DNA of 64,000 nt, from the NCBI GenBank assembly GCA_002633005.1, contig NMRA01000571.1, positions 143,299 through 207,298 on the forward strand. Reading direction: 5' to 3'. Position numbers and translations under genes: made by a program. Positions within the stretch are counted from its first letter, which is position 1. Each line of letters opens with the position of its first letter. Below the pieces are notes generated by a model. That model ran no database searches, was not told the DNA's origin, and saw only the letters and a program-made list of their open reading frames with translations. Shown one piece after another: positions 15,201 to 27,514 of the stretch. Source of the DNA: Phoronis australis. Its lineage: Eukaryota; Animalia; Phoronida.

Positions 15201-18200
15201 TGCCGTGTCCCAATGAACTTGTCAAACATGCGAGTTTTCATTGCCAAATTGGGAATATTGTGAATGTTAAAAATCTAGCATGTCAAGAAACAGTGAATAA
15301 AGTTTTTCATCCAAACACACGAGTTCCATTGCCTGGGAAAAGTAACGAGACCATTGCATCAGAGAGGGTATACGGAATTTTTACGCTAGACGTCCAGAGG
15401 TGATGGTTCAGTTCAGCGGCGCAGGTTAGTAAAAGCGTGCTACTAGCGCTACCTAGTGATGTGGGGGAAATACAACATGAGGCGGTAGTCCAGGTGATTG
15501 TCGCTGAATTCGTTCCGCCCATCCAGCTGAATGACACTTGACAAGGACAGAAAAGATAACATTACAGTGACGAGAGCTCAAGACAAACTTACGGTGACTA
15601 ATAAGCAGCCACGGTGCGCACCAAAAATAATCAGACAACATGACACTGAATTCCATCGTCATGGTGACCGAGCGCAAGCAAAAGTCTCCGTCCTGAGGCT
15701 TGGGTCCAAGAGTAATTCACTATCAAAGACACTAGAACGATCTGTCGACACTTGTCATGACGAGGAAACTGTATATTGTCTAATTACTTTCAGGCGAATA
15801 CATCAATTGTGTCATTCAATCAATGAATGTGTATCCAAGTTGTGTTAAATAAACTACAGGTCAGGATACCTGGTATATGTTCTTGGCACAATGAAACCAA
15901 TATAAATATGGCAACCTTTCACCAATTCTGGACAACATTTCTGTTCCAGAAGCTAATGTTGTGCAAGTCAACGAGAAGAGCTAGAACTTGAAATTAACAA
16001 AGCATAACTTTGATGAAATTCATTTTTAAAGACAAAACTCGCCCTTGTCCGCCGTACTTTGTCCTAAATTGGTGAGACTTAACAGAATGTGCACACAGAC
16101 CTTAAGTAACAAAGCGGCGGCAAAATATTGTTTAAACTTAACTATGCTTACAGTTTTTGCAAACCATTTCATCAGCAAAATCAAACTTTCATTTATTCAA
16201 ATCTTGTTCACATTAATTTTGTTTCGCTACAGGAGAGTTAAGGAAAAGTGAAACTGTCTCAAGTAAATTTGTTCATAAGTCGGCCATGTCCGATGTCACC
16301 CTTTCTTTTGGGTGCCCAAGTATTCTGTAAATATGGTAATTTAATGTGTGATGGTGCCACTCCCAGTCCCCGCCCATAATGTGAGGGAGCCCCCTGGAGA
16401 AGAAAGTATTTGATGTTTTCCATGAACTTTGAGGAGTGTGCTAACATGGACTCCTCTGAAATGGTTTTAGAACACCGTATCTTCATTCACTAAGTGCCCA
16501 GGGCACGGTTTTATAAAGACTGAAGTCAGAAATTACATTTATGAAAAATAATTAAATCTCACATGACCAAAAAATGCAAAAGTCTGTGGGAATATACACA
16601 TAACTGCTAGCTACCACGATAAATTGCATATATCTAATAAATGTAAAATTCACTCAAATGTGCTTGTCTAAACCTTTTTTCCGCAATTGTGATGTGGGAG
16701 TGCAAGACCAAATTTCTTGGTTCCTAGAATATAAATCGGTAAATAAAACAACAAGAATGGATCAATTGAAATTTGAAATTTTCGGATGTAACAACTTCCT
16801 TTATCAACAAAAACAGATAAAGGAAGTTGTTACATCCGAAAATTTCAAATTTCAATTGATCCATTCTTGTTGTTTTATTTACCGATTTATTTTCTTCATT
16901 TCTTAAAACAATAGTATCCTTGGGAGGATCTGGATCGCCTTATTTAGTTTCAGATATATATTTTCTTGGTTCCTAGAGAAATGTCAAAATATGGCTACAT
17001 TCGGAACACCATATCTCAGAAATGGCAGGTCAGTTTCATAAAATATTTTTGATACTACTACACTGCTCTTCAAAACTATGCTAGGAATTGTTTTAAAATG
17101 TCCCAATTTTGCATGAGGGTCTATCAAAAATAGGTGTACCTTTATTTTTTTACCCAATTTCTGGTAGACTGGTGAAAAGTGAAAGATCATATTCTAAAAA
17201 CTCTCTACTTTCAGAAAATGTACACTTCTACTGAACTAAAACCTACAAATTTACTAGTATTTAGCCATGTAGACATGTCAATAAGGTCCAACATAACCTT
17301 TAAAGTCCTCTCATGAAACAGGCCCTAAACTGCAGCGGTACCTTTTGTAAAAACAAAGCATTCAATTTGACACAGTGCAGCATTAAGAATACTCCAGTAC
17401 AGCTTTGAGGAAACCCACAAAAGTTCTCCCCCCCACCCCTTCCAGCTTCCGCGGCTGCCAGGAAATATTTACAAAACAATAACCAATCGACAAAAAGCAA
17501 ACACTTTGGATACATAAACCTGACCAATTGATTTTCTAATATTTTAACAGAGCTTGTTCAAATATTAGAGGCTATTCACACGCCAGCTCTAACGGGAAGC
17601 CAAGAGAATGCTTAATTTCCAACAAAAATAGCCTGCGACCTGAAACACCTGTAGCAAAGACTGTAAAACTAAATACAGGCAGAGAGGTGAATAATTTGAC
17701 TTAAATTTTTGCAACAAAGTATCGCAAACTTATGAATCGCCGGTAAGTGAAAATCAACATATTTACTCATGTTTCCATCATACAAACACTGTATAAGGTA
17801 TTTTCTAAATCAATAAAGCCCTTTTCTTAGTCAACAAACATCAATTAAACAGACTTGGCTCAAACGGCTAATTGGCCACACAACATCAATGTAGGCGTTC
17901 GCGCAGGAATTCAAAAAGAAGGTGTCCAAAATGGGTGTTCCAAAATTTCTCAAATCGTCTTTTGACGAACGACGCATGACTGCATTTGTGTCGTTTGTTA
18001 CTACAGACACATTGGTTTACGATAAAGTTTATCCTACATCCTATCTTTAGTTACCTATTCTAGAACAATGAGCTCCCACTCCTAGACTTCCACTAACAAG
18101 TTAAAGAGACACCCATACCTAGTAGGTACAAGAAAGTAGTAATTGCTGATTATCCCTAATGCTGCATAGGGTGTCCAAATGCCAAATAGGGCGTTTTAGC

Positions 18201-18973
18201 TGGGGTTTCTAAATTTGGACGTTGGGGACACTTGCTAGATGAAGGCCTGCTTCAATACATGAGATCACTCATATCATACTTAGTGCAAGTACACAAAAAC
18301 TTTTCACCGATTCTAAGTTTGCACTGTACTTTTTAAACTTCTCCCAGTGCATCACACCTTTAAAGTAGCACCGCTGTGGAACGTTCTACTGTCTCACAAA
18401 AACACAGCAACTGCCTGACCTGTCTTGCTCAACAAAATTTACGACCATACTCGCAGAAGTCCTCTACATTTAAAAGTTGGCTAAATTCATTTACCTGCTA
18501 CTCAACCATTCAATGCTCAAAAGAGCACATCGCACTCCTTAATTTATTTCATATTTTTTGCATTATCCATTGCCTAATTTTGTTTTTAATGACGGCAAGT
18601 GTCAGAACACACTTAACAATATTAACATTAAGACAGTTTTGGTAAAACTGTGAGACAGTGAAAAACACATAAGACACCAATAGTTCCTTGTTTTGTCAAT
18701 TTCAGTATTACAAGCATTAAAATGATGAATTATACAAATTAGAATGTGGGATAATAAAGACATATATGCAGGTGAAGAAACAATGGCAAGTGCTCAACAA
18801 AGTGTTGCATTGTTCAACTTCTGACCTTTGACCTACCTGGATGTCTTGTAGGGAATGCCGTGTACCATCTCGTTCTCCTCGATCTCTGCCTTCAACTCCT
18901 GAAGGTCCTTCCGCAGGAGGCCCTCTGCTTCCTGCACTTTCTCGTGTTCCCCGACCTTGTAGAGGTCCTCCAT
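187..18973 (-). CDS. CCDC162: CCDC162/C6orf183-like (DUF4549) multi-exon gene, 5' portion; continues beyond the left edge
   Basis: 13 GT-AG exons join in phase: 18973-18837, 12140-12068, 11208-11098, 10181-10057, 9279-9093, 5515-5444, 4535-4319, 3694-3582, 2945-2820, 2368-2174, 1699-1554, 1125-977, 293-187 (1758 nt). Protein MEDLYKVGEHEKVQ...ELKAEIEENEMVHG...SSVVLPKDPEYFRR...PLILQAEAMKSEL...EYTVDSLPLLLHQYFTDRIRQLVQSKHMHMLRWKRFCEHS...AEYND..RAKRLSV...IYLRWLVGHLHS matches my recollection of the C6orf183/DUF4549 N-terminus. An in-frame TGA lies 6 codons upstream of the ATG. Confidence 0.85.
977..1125 (-). CDS. CCDC162: CCDC162-like exon (RKSSEDVAML...RRDSYDYMNTVQML)
   Basis: ttgcag acceptor, gtaggt donor, phase 2 to 1. 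Confidence 0.82.
1554..1699 (-). CDS. CCDC162: CCDC162-like exon (RVLDALRQHA...IWRKIYTNPELFA)
   Basis: ttctag acceptor, gtgggt donor, phase 0 to 2. Confidence 0.82.
2174..2368 (-). CDS. CCDC162: CCDC162-like exon (IGHESWGADH...NWVPFIQL...IKIQDAD)
   Basis: tttcag acceptor, gtaagg donor; within ORF 2075..2383. Confidence 0.85.
2820..2945 (-). CDS. CCDC162: CCDC162-like exon (DVSTINSTADEMELYAAVNRKFK...TYDRIE)
   Basis: tttag acceptor, gtaagc donor, 42 codons. Confidence 0.85.
3582..3694 (-). CDS. CCDC162: CCDC162-like exon (GGRASDEENLGLPLHIND...IYAISY)
   Basis: tttcag acceptor, gtgagt donor, phase 1 to 0. Confidence 0.8.
4319..4535 (-). CDS. CCDC162: CCDC162-like exon (Pro/Thr-rich DVSAREPKIP...AYAAAAA)
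   Basis: tttcag acceptor, gtaagt donor, GC-rich coding-like composition. Confidence 0.8.
4786..7243 (+). repeat. ~570-bp diverged direct duplication (4786-5356 and 6679-7243) in adjacent introns
   Basis: Both copies begin GAGGTATTGCCAGTTATCAGCAATGGAACAAACC and end AACAGTATGCCA, and are collinear throughout. Confidence 0.9.
5444..5515 (-). CDS. CCDC162: CCDC162-like exon (IIQWLPVSHKTVITPGPKEGKEEE)
   Basis: tttcag acceptor, gtgagg donor, 24 codons. Confidence 0.75.
9093..9279 (-). CDS. CCDC162: CCDC162-like exon (HIMAEYNDCVGRAKRLSV...NQFLR)
   Basis: Polypyrimidine-cag acceptor, gtaagt donor; overlaps ORF 9075..9272. Confidence 0.88.
10057..10181 (-). CDS. CCDC162: CCDC162-like exon (YFTDRIRQLVQSKHMHMLRWKRFCEHS...)
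   Basis: ccag acceptor, gtgagt donor, conserved MLRWKRFC motif. Confidence 0.88.
10769..10900 (+). mobile_element. tRNA-derived SINE fragment
   Basis: GGAGGCAGTGTGGCCTAGT (A-box-like) and GGTTCGAGTCCC (B-box), followed by a non-tRNA body; no cloverleaf. Confidence 0.6.
11098..11208 (-). CDS. CCDC162: CCDC162-like exon (VCKANPLILQAEAM...SLPLLLHQ)
   Basis: cctag acceptor, gtatgg donor, 37 codons. Confidence 0.85.
12068..12140 (-). CDS. CCDC162: CCDC162-like exon (SVVLPKDPEYFRRLRKLVIHRGLD)
   Basis: tttcag acceptor, gtaagt donor, phases fit neighbours. Confidence 0.85.
12683..12782. repeat. Minisatellite, ~4 x 25 bp (GATTATTATAATTAAAyTACCAACA)
   Basis: Four near-identical units read directly. 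Confidence 0.85.
16731..16890. repeat. Perfect 75-bp inverted repeat with 10-nt loop
   Basis: 16731-16805 is the reverse complement of 16816-16890; loop AACAAAAACA. Confidence 0.92.
18837..18973 (-). CDS. CCDC162: CCDC162-like coding exon 1 (MEDLYKVGEH...GIPYKTS)
   Basis: ATG at 18973, donor AG|gtaggt, phase 2. Confidence 0.85.
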
Positions 18974-21900
18974 CCTGAATCGGCGACCTCAGGGAAACCG
19001 TCGATTGTGGAGTGATACTTCAAGTGCGTAGAATTACCCTGCTGTGGGTCATGACATTAACAGCATGGTGCTGAGTATCTGCAAAGTTACACAAGAGTTA
19101 GATGTGAACTATGGTAACCACAAGCGGATCCAGGATACCAGAAGGAGGGGAACTTTCAGCCAAAATGCCAGGATGTTTTAGAAGCTTTTCAAGGCTCGTG
19201 TTCACATCAGTATTAACTTGCAACAGTCGTCTAAATTAATGCAAAATTAATTAGGTCAGGGTTTGCGTTCTTAGCGCACTTCACCACACATTAAATAATG
19301 AATGAAATTAAACGATAACACAGCTAAAACGAGAAAAATCGTAAAAGCTGAATTCAGCTCCCAAAACAACCACTTCCATCTAAATGATGAATCACACACA
19401 ACACTTATGTTGGTATGGTGACCTTTTATTTTCAACAGATGAGAAATCAATTCAAGAATTAATAAAGTGCTGAACAAATATTTTAAGGTGTTGCTCTATT
19501 GAAAATGCCACTACACTTTTGATGGATCATTTCAAAGTTTTCTGAAGCTGCTACTGTGCACACATTGTAAAAGTACGATTTGTAGGCGACCTTATAACAC
19601 TCCAGAATCTGACCATCTGATTTTGGTCAGGGGCCTAATCTTTGTACCCAAAATTGCAACAGTTTTTGACACTATCTGTTCTAGTTTTGAGTGAATTGAA
19701 GGTTAGAGTCCATTAAACTGTGCTCAAGTGAAGGACTGTCTGAACTTCAAAATTAATACATGCTAATTGATTACATTTGATCGACCTAAATTCAGAACAT
19801 GGTCTCTTGAAACTTGGCAACAGCGTCTGTTTGGAGGCCACTTTACCAAAACCATCATCCCGAGAGATAGCAGAATTAAATTGTTGATTACAAGTAATTT
19901 ATTACAAATGTGCACCAAACAAATTCCAGACTCATGTCGTTGATTAACATACCAACAACAGAAAGATTTAACAGAGGTCTTAAACTCGTGCCGAGGCCAA
20001 AAAATATAAAGACTACAGAATTAAAAAGTTAGTTTAACAATTATAGCGAAACCAAAATGCAGTACATTTCCACCAACACCTCGTTAGTGTTTGTACTGTA
20101 AAGATATCGTGACAGGCAAATTTTCCAATAATTTTGTTTAGTTAAGAATCGATTGTGTAAAAAAGTTTGAGACATAATTGGTGTGGTTGATTATGCTGGT
20201 TTACAACACGCAATGTACACTAAAAAAATCTCCAGTTTGGAACATAAAATGGCAGACAGGTTAATTTCCATTTGCCAAATTTCTCAACAAAAATAACTTT
20301 TCAGGAAAATTTACTTTGCTTTTAGCATGGTTTGTAAGTTGTAGATATTATCAAACAACAATTCCTTTTGGGAAAATTTTTAGCATTTGCAAAAATGTGG
20401 GTTAATTCTTAGCATTCACAAAAATGTGAAAAGGTTCTGACAAACAGAAACATGGCAATTTTAATAATTATTTTTATTCCAAATTGAAGAATTTTTCCAT
20501 AGGTAGCATGCAACAGAGAAATGTCCCTATAAAAATGTCATGACAACAATTTCATTTTAGATTCCTAAGAAAGAAAATAGCAACTAATTCGGCTCCACTG
20601 CCTTGGCCAAGCACCTGATACATGCTTAATAACTATAATGTATCCTCAAATTGGAAAAAAATGGTGTCCACAATTTTCAATTTGGAAATGCTCATGCTGT
20701 ATTGCCAGAAATGTTAAAAATTCTACTGCGTTATTGTTGAAGACAGCCGCACTGCATATAGTTTTCAAATGATCAAGCAAATTGTCTTCTTATTCACTCA
20801 TGTTTGAAAACTTGATGCAATAAAACTTCACCATTCTGCCATGTTGCCTTCTAATTTGAAGTGACTTTAACATAAATGGAAAATTGCAAGTACTTGTCAA
20901 CTAGGGTAACTAGGATCCCTCAGCTAACAAAACTCACTCCCTAAGTACTAGGGGAAAAATTCTGAACTAAAATGTAAACTTTGTGATGTTTAGACAAGTC
21001 TAAATATGGAAATGTTTGTGGCACCTCATTACACCTTAAACTAATAATCCAACTTAATGTAGATTAATAACCATGTCTTTACAATAACATAATAACGAGC
21101 GTATTGTTGTTGGCACAGCTTAACCTTTATCACATATTCAAAAGGCTGTGTTGTGGGCCACTCTTAGGTTTTGAAAGGACCATTCAGTGCAAGGGAACAA
21201 TTGTTACATGTGAAAGCAACAATGGTAAAGCTTTGGGCAGGCAATTCTGTAATTCCAGTCCTCTGCACTCTAATTCTTCACATATTACCTACATGCATTC
21301 AAACATGATGCTGCGCCATGATTTTGAAATGTTTTGCGCCATCTTTGTAAATCTTGAGACACCAACTCGAAAAGCTCCGAGACAGGTACAGAGTCTTGAG
21401 CAAAGCCTGAGTTGTGTTTGCTGCACAAGAAAAATGATTGAAATAGTGTTCACTGTTGCATAGCAAGTAGGTATTAAAGTAAAATGTTTATTTTATATCG
21501 GTGTAGGAAAACATCTAGCAAGAAAACAGCATTAGCCCATTGTAATTATCTTTTATTCCACGCAGTAAAAATGTTAATGACGAGGTTAGCATGCGAAAAT
21601 AATGTGCCACGACTGTGCTTCTCTGAATCAGCAGCTCTGGGGAGGGAATGACGAGACGAGGAAACGTGATGCGCAGTTAGTTCCACTAATCGAATGTTAG
21701 CTTGAGGAAAAGCACACAAGTGGAATTTAATTTCATAAAAATTTCAATGTTTAAATATTCTTCAAGAAAATTTTTACTAACGCTGTTAATGAATAGTAGT
21801 AGTCTGCAAGAAGTTGGACCTTGGAAACACAGAAAAATACATTTTCGGCAACTTTTACAAGAATTACAGTGACTGTTCTCATCTTAAATCTCAGATTGAA

Positions 21901-22927
21901 GTTAACAGTTAAAGCAAATAAACCATTTCAAATTTAAAAAAACGCGATGCGAATTGACATAGTTTCCTAGGTTTTGTTCTAAATATCCAAGGGACACTAT
22001 CTTTAGAGTCTTGGTTCGCAAATTATTGCAGGTACTATACCTTGCTACACACTTGGTTTGATTCTTTTCATACTGAAGAGACTTAAATGGGAACGTTCAT
22101 CGCCTTAAATGCTAATTACGTTTGGCCAATAGCAGTAATAATTGTCAATCTGCAATGCAGCATAACAGCTGAAAGGACGTGGGACTGGGTGACATTGTGG
22201 TTATATGAAGCATGTTTCGAATAATCAGCTTTCAGGAAATTGTTGTACCATTCTAGACACTCCGTCCACCCCTCAGCCTGGCTAGCAGACAGATGCATAC
22301 CTTCGCATAACCTCTGTAGGTTTTACCTCGAGCACATTGGCGGAATGAAGGACTACCAAAAAAAAGTGTTGACTGCAGGAGTATTTGTTCAAAGGTAGTG
22401 ATGTACACTCGGAGACCCGGAAGAAACATAACTTTGATAGTTTAGGCTTTACTAGCCATGGTTAAACAAAATTTGCAGGCTTTATTAGGATGAGTCATCG
22501 TCTAGTAATATTTGTACTTTGACTAAGCCAATTATTCAAGTTTCAAACTTGAAATGCAAAATTATATACGCCCCTTGTTCTTGTTTTCTCAACTCAAAGT
22601 CTACCGGAGTTGTCCGCTTGGCGCTTTTATAGGAAATTTTCTGGCTCTGGCAAGGGCTGACTAGACGTCTGTCACTGTGACTATGAAACAAACACTGCCT
22701 GAAATTTTGAGCATCACGCTTGACCAAATGAAACAGTGCCATGTGACTGATGCCGAGATTTGGATAGGCTGACTAAAACAGTCTAGTTCCCACGACAGGT
22801 ACTGTTCTACTGAGCCTGTGGCAGCGAGTTGACTGACAAACGTAGGCCGAACTCAACTAAAGTTAAAACCTAACTTAAAAACCGTAACTGGTCCGGAGTT
22901 AAGTTGTACACATCATTGAGAGCTTAC

Positions 22928-23250
22928 CTGTCACGCAGAGATATTCTCTTGATTATCGCTATTACACCTTACAATATATTACGTTATGAGCTCACTTCCA
23001 AAACTTTGAAGTTCGGTCGTGTTCTTTTCACCACAGCAACAGCCTCGTTGTCAGTTGTGCACATAGCGACGACAAGTGGCCATTTCTGCTGTAAGGTTTT
23101 TCGTCAACAGATGTCATCTCGAATCGGTTAGCTTTTTCGCAAAGAGGACTGGACTCGGTGTTCTACTGCCCGGGGTACGATAAGAACATAGATTATATCA
23201 GGAAGAGATAACCACTTCCTGATTATATATACGACCATAGCAGTCAAGTC
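22928..23250 (-). promoter_or_regulatory. Putative 5' non-coding exon and promoter region of the CCDC162-like gene
   Basis: Strong donor CAG|gtaagc at 22927-22922, locally CpG-richer sequence, and an X-box-like GACCATAGCAGTC near 23233. The upstream boundary is a guess. Confidence 0.35.
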
Positions 23251-24312
23251 CGTGACTCAGCTGGCAGTATGCTCTTTCATTCATGTTGTTCGTCAGTCGT
23301 GGCGCAGCAAAGGGTTTCCTTTGACCACAGCCCACACTGCCTGAAATCCTGCGCGCAATGAGACAGCCAAAATATAGGCCTGGGGTGGGTTCGAATTTTT
23401 TAGTGACAATATGGACCTTTAGTTTAGGCCTACTAACAAAAAACGGGGGACTAAAAAGCAGGGTACCACACTCAGAGCTATGAATTGTGCATTCGAGCCT
23501 TTTTAGTGGACTTTTGCCACGTTAATTTCTCGGGACTTTTTGTTTCTCGGACGGAGGCCGGACCTTAAATTCGGCTCAAGTCCCCCCCCNNCCCCCCCCC
23601 CCCTTGGTTGCGTGCATAGAAATGCACGAGCCCTCTGGTTCCAGTGCCGTAAAAGATTTTATAGTCAGCAGATCTCTCAGTGTAGCCTCAGTGGCAACCA
23701 AAATACACAAGGCCGATTTCCCTTTGCCGAAACCCGGCCGTCCTTTTCAATTAATTGGAGCTCAGTCATTGCTTTCGTAAGAAATGTCACAAGTCGAAGA
23801 TTTGAAAAGCAATAATTTTGACTCTGAACGCCGCCTTCCATCTTTCGGCAGCCTAGTTGTGCTTAGTGTCGTCTCCCTCATTCATCATCCGATACCGACG
23901 CAGCACATATGCTTTAGGCCTACTGATTTAGTTCCAAAGTCATTAATTTGCTTGATGAAACAAAAGAATTGGTCTTGGCCAAAATCACACAGACATGACA
24001 AGTGACTAAGTTATCGGCATCATTAAACCTCCCTGTTAGCGACTGCATACCACAATCATGAAAGCAATATCCAAAATCGAGAAAATAGAAGAAACGTTAT
24101 TTTAATTGAAGTAGCCCGCCTCCAGGTCATATTTAATGTACACGGCAATGTATAGGCCTACTGTCACTGAAGCAAATACTTCCCAGACAAAAATCGTTGA
24201 ATAGTAACATCGATGGCTGCCGGATTACCATGCCGGAATAACCGATCAAAGGCCGGGGTTTACCTACGTCAGTTAACTGAAAGCAATAGCCGAGACTAGT
24301 AAGAGTATGTTT

Positions 24313-25321
24313 TGTCACGATGGCTAAAAACCAAAGCGAAAAAAATTCCAGGACACGTATTTTCTATGCAAGATTTAAAATCAATACGTTTCACTCTATG
24401 AGACAGACCAAAACAACAACTCAAAGCCAAAATTTATCACGCCAGGATCGAAATTTACCACGCCAGGACTCAGAATTTATCAAAATAAAAATAATTGTAG
24501 GCGGTCTGATACACGTTGTACAAGACGTGCGCAGGCCTCGCATGTGGGCCATTGCACTGATCACTTGGAAATAAGTAGGGATCTTTTCATGCAACACTCC
24601 CAATTTAAGGACTAAGACCCTACTTATTTTTAATGAACTCTGGGCTCAGTTTTTATTTATATTATTAGCCGGAAAATGTCATTAATGAAAGAGGAGCTCA
24701 TTATAAAGATAGAATGATAGAAAAATCTTTCATCTGTGAGTCCATAAAGACCCAAATACACAAAAAGACTTAGGGACCTTAGTTAAGTCCCTATTTGGTA
24801 CTGCTTCATGAAACCGGCCACTGAACAGAGAATTTAATACGTCAGCACCAAAATTTATCACGCTAGAAAATTTTCATGCCAGAAGACCACGTGACCACGA
24901 GCATCAGCAATGTCATGCTGACGGCAGTCATATTGTCATGAGGTTGAAATTCTTTTGTCTCTTCCACGCTTTGCAACAGAAGGGTACACTTGGCCTTTTG
25001 GACAGCTGGACTTGAATATGGCTGACGGTATTACAGACACAGCGGATATTCGTTTTCGGATGGTGGCTGGTCACGATCGAAGTATGTGGCATGAAGTTCT
25101 TCATTCCTGTCATGATAAATGTTTGACTGTCTGGAGTGATACTTTTCTGTCCTTGCGTGATAAATTTTCGGTCCTGACGTGTTAAATTTTGGTCCTGACG
25201 TGATTACAGGTCCTGACGTGATAATCTCTGGCTTAGGCTTGGTTTTGGTCCCGCAGAAATTTTAGTTATTAACTAGAAAATATATGTCCTGGATTTCTTT
25301 ACTTTAGGTCATGATTGCGAC
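24313..25321. mobile_element. Old non-autonomous DNA element with long imperfect inverted ends and ~21-bp subterminal tandem repeats; Harbinger-type MITE nested at ~24640-24823
   Basis: CCAGGACACGTATTTTCTA versus TAGAAAATATATGTCCTGG; repeated CACGCCAGGAC/GTCCTGACGTG units in opposite orientation at each end. Confidence 0.55.
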
Positions 25322-27118
25322 CAAGGGACTGTTCATTTTCGTGTTCCACGCCCGGTATATGTATTTTAATAAACTCAAATAGAAATGGACACGAAGACTT
25401 ATGTAAAACTGAATTTAGCAGCCCCGTGTAAATTTAAATTGACACATTAGTTTTTATATACCTGCAGATGGACCAAACTCTAGGTATGTAGAGTGGGCCC
25501 GGAAAAAATGGAAAATTTCCGAAAATAGGCCTACATCCAGGGAGCACGTTTGAGAAAAAATATGTACAGTTGAATCTTAAAATTTCCCCAGTTTCATAGC
25601 AAATGGAGACTAAAACCGTACATAAAATCCTCCCCTAGTGGGTACAAGTTTACATCGACAATGTCATGCATGATTCTGTTGGTGTCAGTTTGCGCGTCAC
25701 CTACAGTGTTAATATAACATGCAGGGGTGTATAATTATCTGAGTTTAACTGTTGATCTCAAAATTGATTTTTCCGATCACACACGGTCAGGCTTGTCATC
25801 TGCAGAAAGCTGAGGTACACTGAAAAGCACGTATTTCACTCTTTAGAAATAATTATGCGAGGGACGGGAATCCCGTCACAATAATTCAAGTATGGAAATA
25901 TTTTAATTTCGTTATTTCCGTTAATTCACGACTTACATTTGCTTTTGTTTTCTACCCTATTTCCTCACTAATTCTCCATACCAACCAAAGCACCCCCACC
26001 GCCAATGCGGCCCTGGATCGCACAAACTCTCCCCGCTTACTATGGCCTCCATCCCGGTCGTCGTTCACATATCATATATAGGTATTTGGAATAATTGAAT
26101 GGTTCACGGCTGCCTAAAAATATAAAATCTAGTTCACCGTGACCTTTAAATCGCGATTTACGGATTTGAGAAACGCCAGTTGCTCGCAAAAAAAAATTGC
26201 TCTACACGCATCAGTTTGGAAGACAAGGAATCACATATTACGCTATCAAAGTATGTCATGTTTGCCTTTAGTTCTTTCCCGCCTGTCATCTCCTACATCA
26301 CTATGACAACATGACTCATCTCCTAAGCGGCTCCTAATTACTTCGTCCAAAGTAGCATTTTGATATTTGTACAACATTGGGGTCTTCCAACTTTAGCTCA
26401 GTGATTTTAATTTTCGATTTTTTTGTTTTATATTCACGTTTAAGTAGAAGTTCACCAGATCTCAAATTCCAGGTCATTATCCACCAGAAACATCCCCTCC
26501 AACGATGGTGAAGTAATATGTGAACGACCTCTTTTCACGGTAGTTGCACGTTTTAAAATACACGTTGTAGTCTGTGTAGAATTATAGAGCTGAAGGCCTT
26601 AGAAAAAAGGCTCTACCGTGTAAATCTAACTGCTGATTATAGTTACAATGTAAAATTGTCGACGATCGCGGTAGCCTCTCTGCCTACGACTCAGAGCTCG
26701 AGGATAAGTGTCCGGGCGCTGGAGTTGTGGATCAGGGGCCAGTTCCAAGAAACTGACTTAAGTTCATTTATGACTTAAGTTTAAAGGCGAATGCAACCTT
26801 TTTTCGTGTCATTTTGAGCTAAAATAAGGTTGGTTGGTTATCCTAGACATATTTTCCACTTAATTACAGCTTTTCGCAATTTTATTAATTACTCGTCCGC
26901 TACTCCGGAAGTGACGTTTTAGGAGGCAAGCGTTTCCCGCCACTTGGTTTTGCGTTGAGTTTACCGTGCGAATCTGTTCTATTCTACTTTTGTTTTGTGC
27001 TGTTTTTCAACAATTGTCGCCACCACTTTCCATCGGCGAGTATTCTGCGGCAAGATAGGTTAGTAGAGAACTCAACTACATTGGATTTAGGGATTGTTTA
27101 GTGTGTTGTAAGCTGAAA

Positions 27119-27514
27119 ATGGCTGGAGTCGGTGACCCGTATCACAGTGGCAGTAGTGTGAGTGACGGAGACCTTGTTCACAGCAGTGATGACGAGGAAT
27201 TTTTTCACGGACATTCAGTGGGTGGGTACATGTTTGAGCCCGAGTATAACGAGGCAGAGTACGCACAGGCACAGGCAGCTGTTGAGAGAAACGAGGCGGC
27301 TACTGAGGACAGACGTGGTGACACATCTTGGTGCAAATGCACTGTGTGCGTTGTTATGCCTACCTCAATGGAATGCTTGTGCTGTTCAGAGTTCGACGAG
27401 GCCAAGCCACTACTGGACACGGTTAAGTGGACCTTCGCTATACCACGGACAGAGGAACAACTGCCCCACTTGCCAGAGTGTCCCGCGACACACTTCCACT
27501 GGATGGTGACCTGA
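27119..27514 (+). pseudogene. Truncated KolX / P2X7 cytoplasmic-ballast-like zinc-cluster ORF of the Kolobok element
   Basis: GYMFEPEY...RRGDTSWCKCTVCVVMPTSMECLCCSE motif. Homology appears to end ~27420, after which the frame reads the antisense strand of the transposase. Confidence 0.75.

Noticed and set aside
15200-15848. Cluster of overlapping ORFs in a GC-richer intronic patch
   Set aside because: No recognisable domain or splice-consistent exon. It may be an old TE relic but I cannot support a call.
12683-25225. Short repeat arrays (12683-12782, 24430-24480, 25155-25225) as CRISPR-like arrays
   Set aside because: There are no unique spacers and no cas genes, and the context is eukaryotic. 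These are minisatellites or subterminal repeats.
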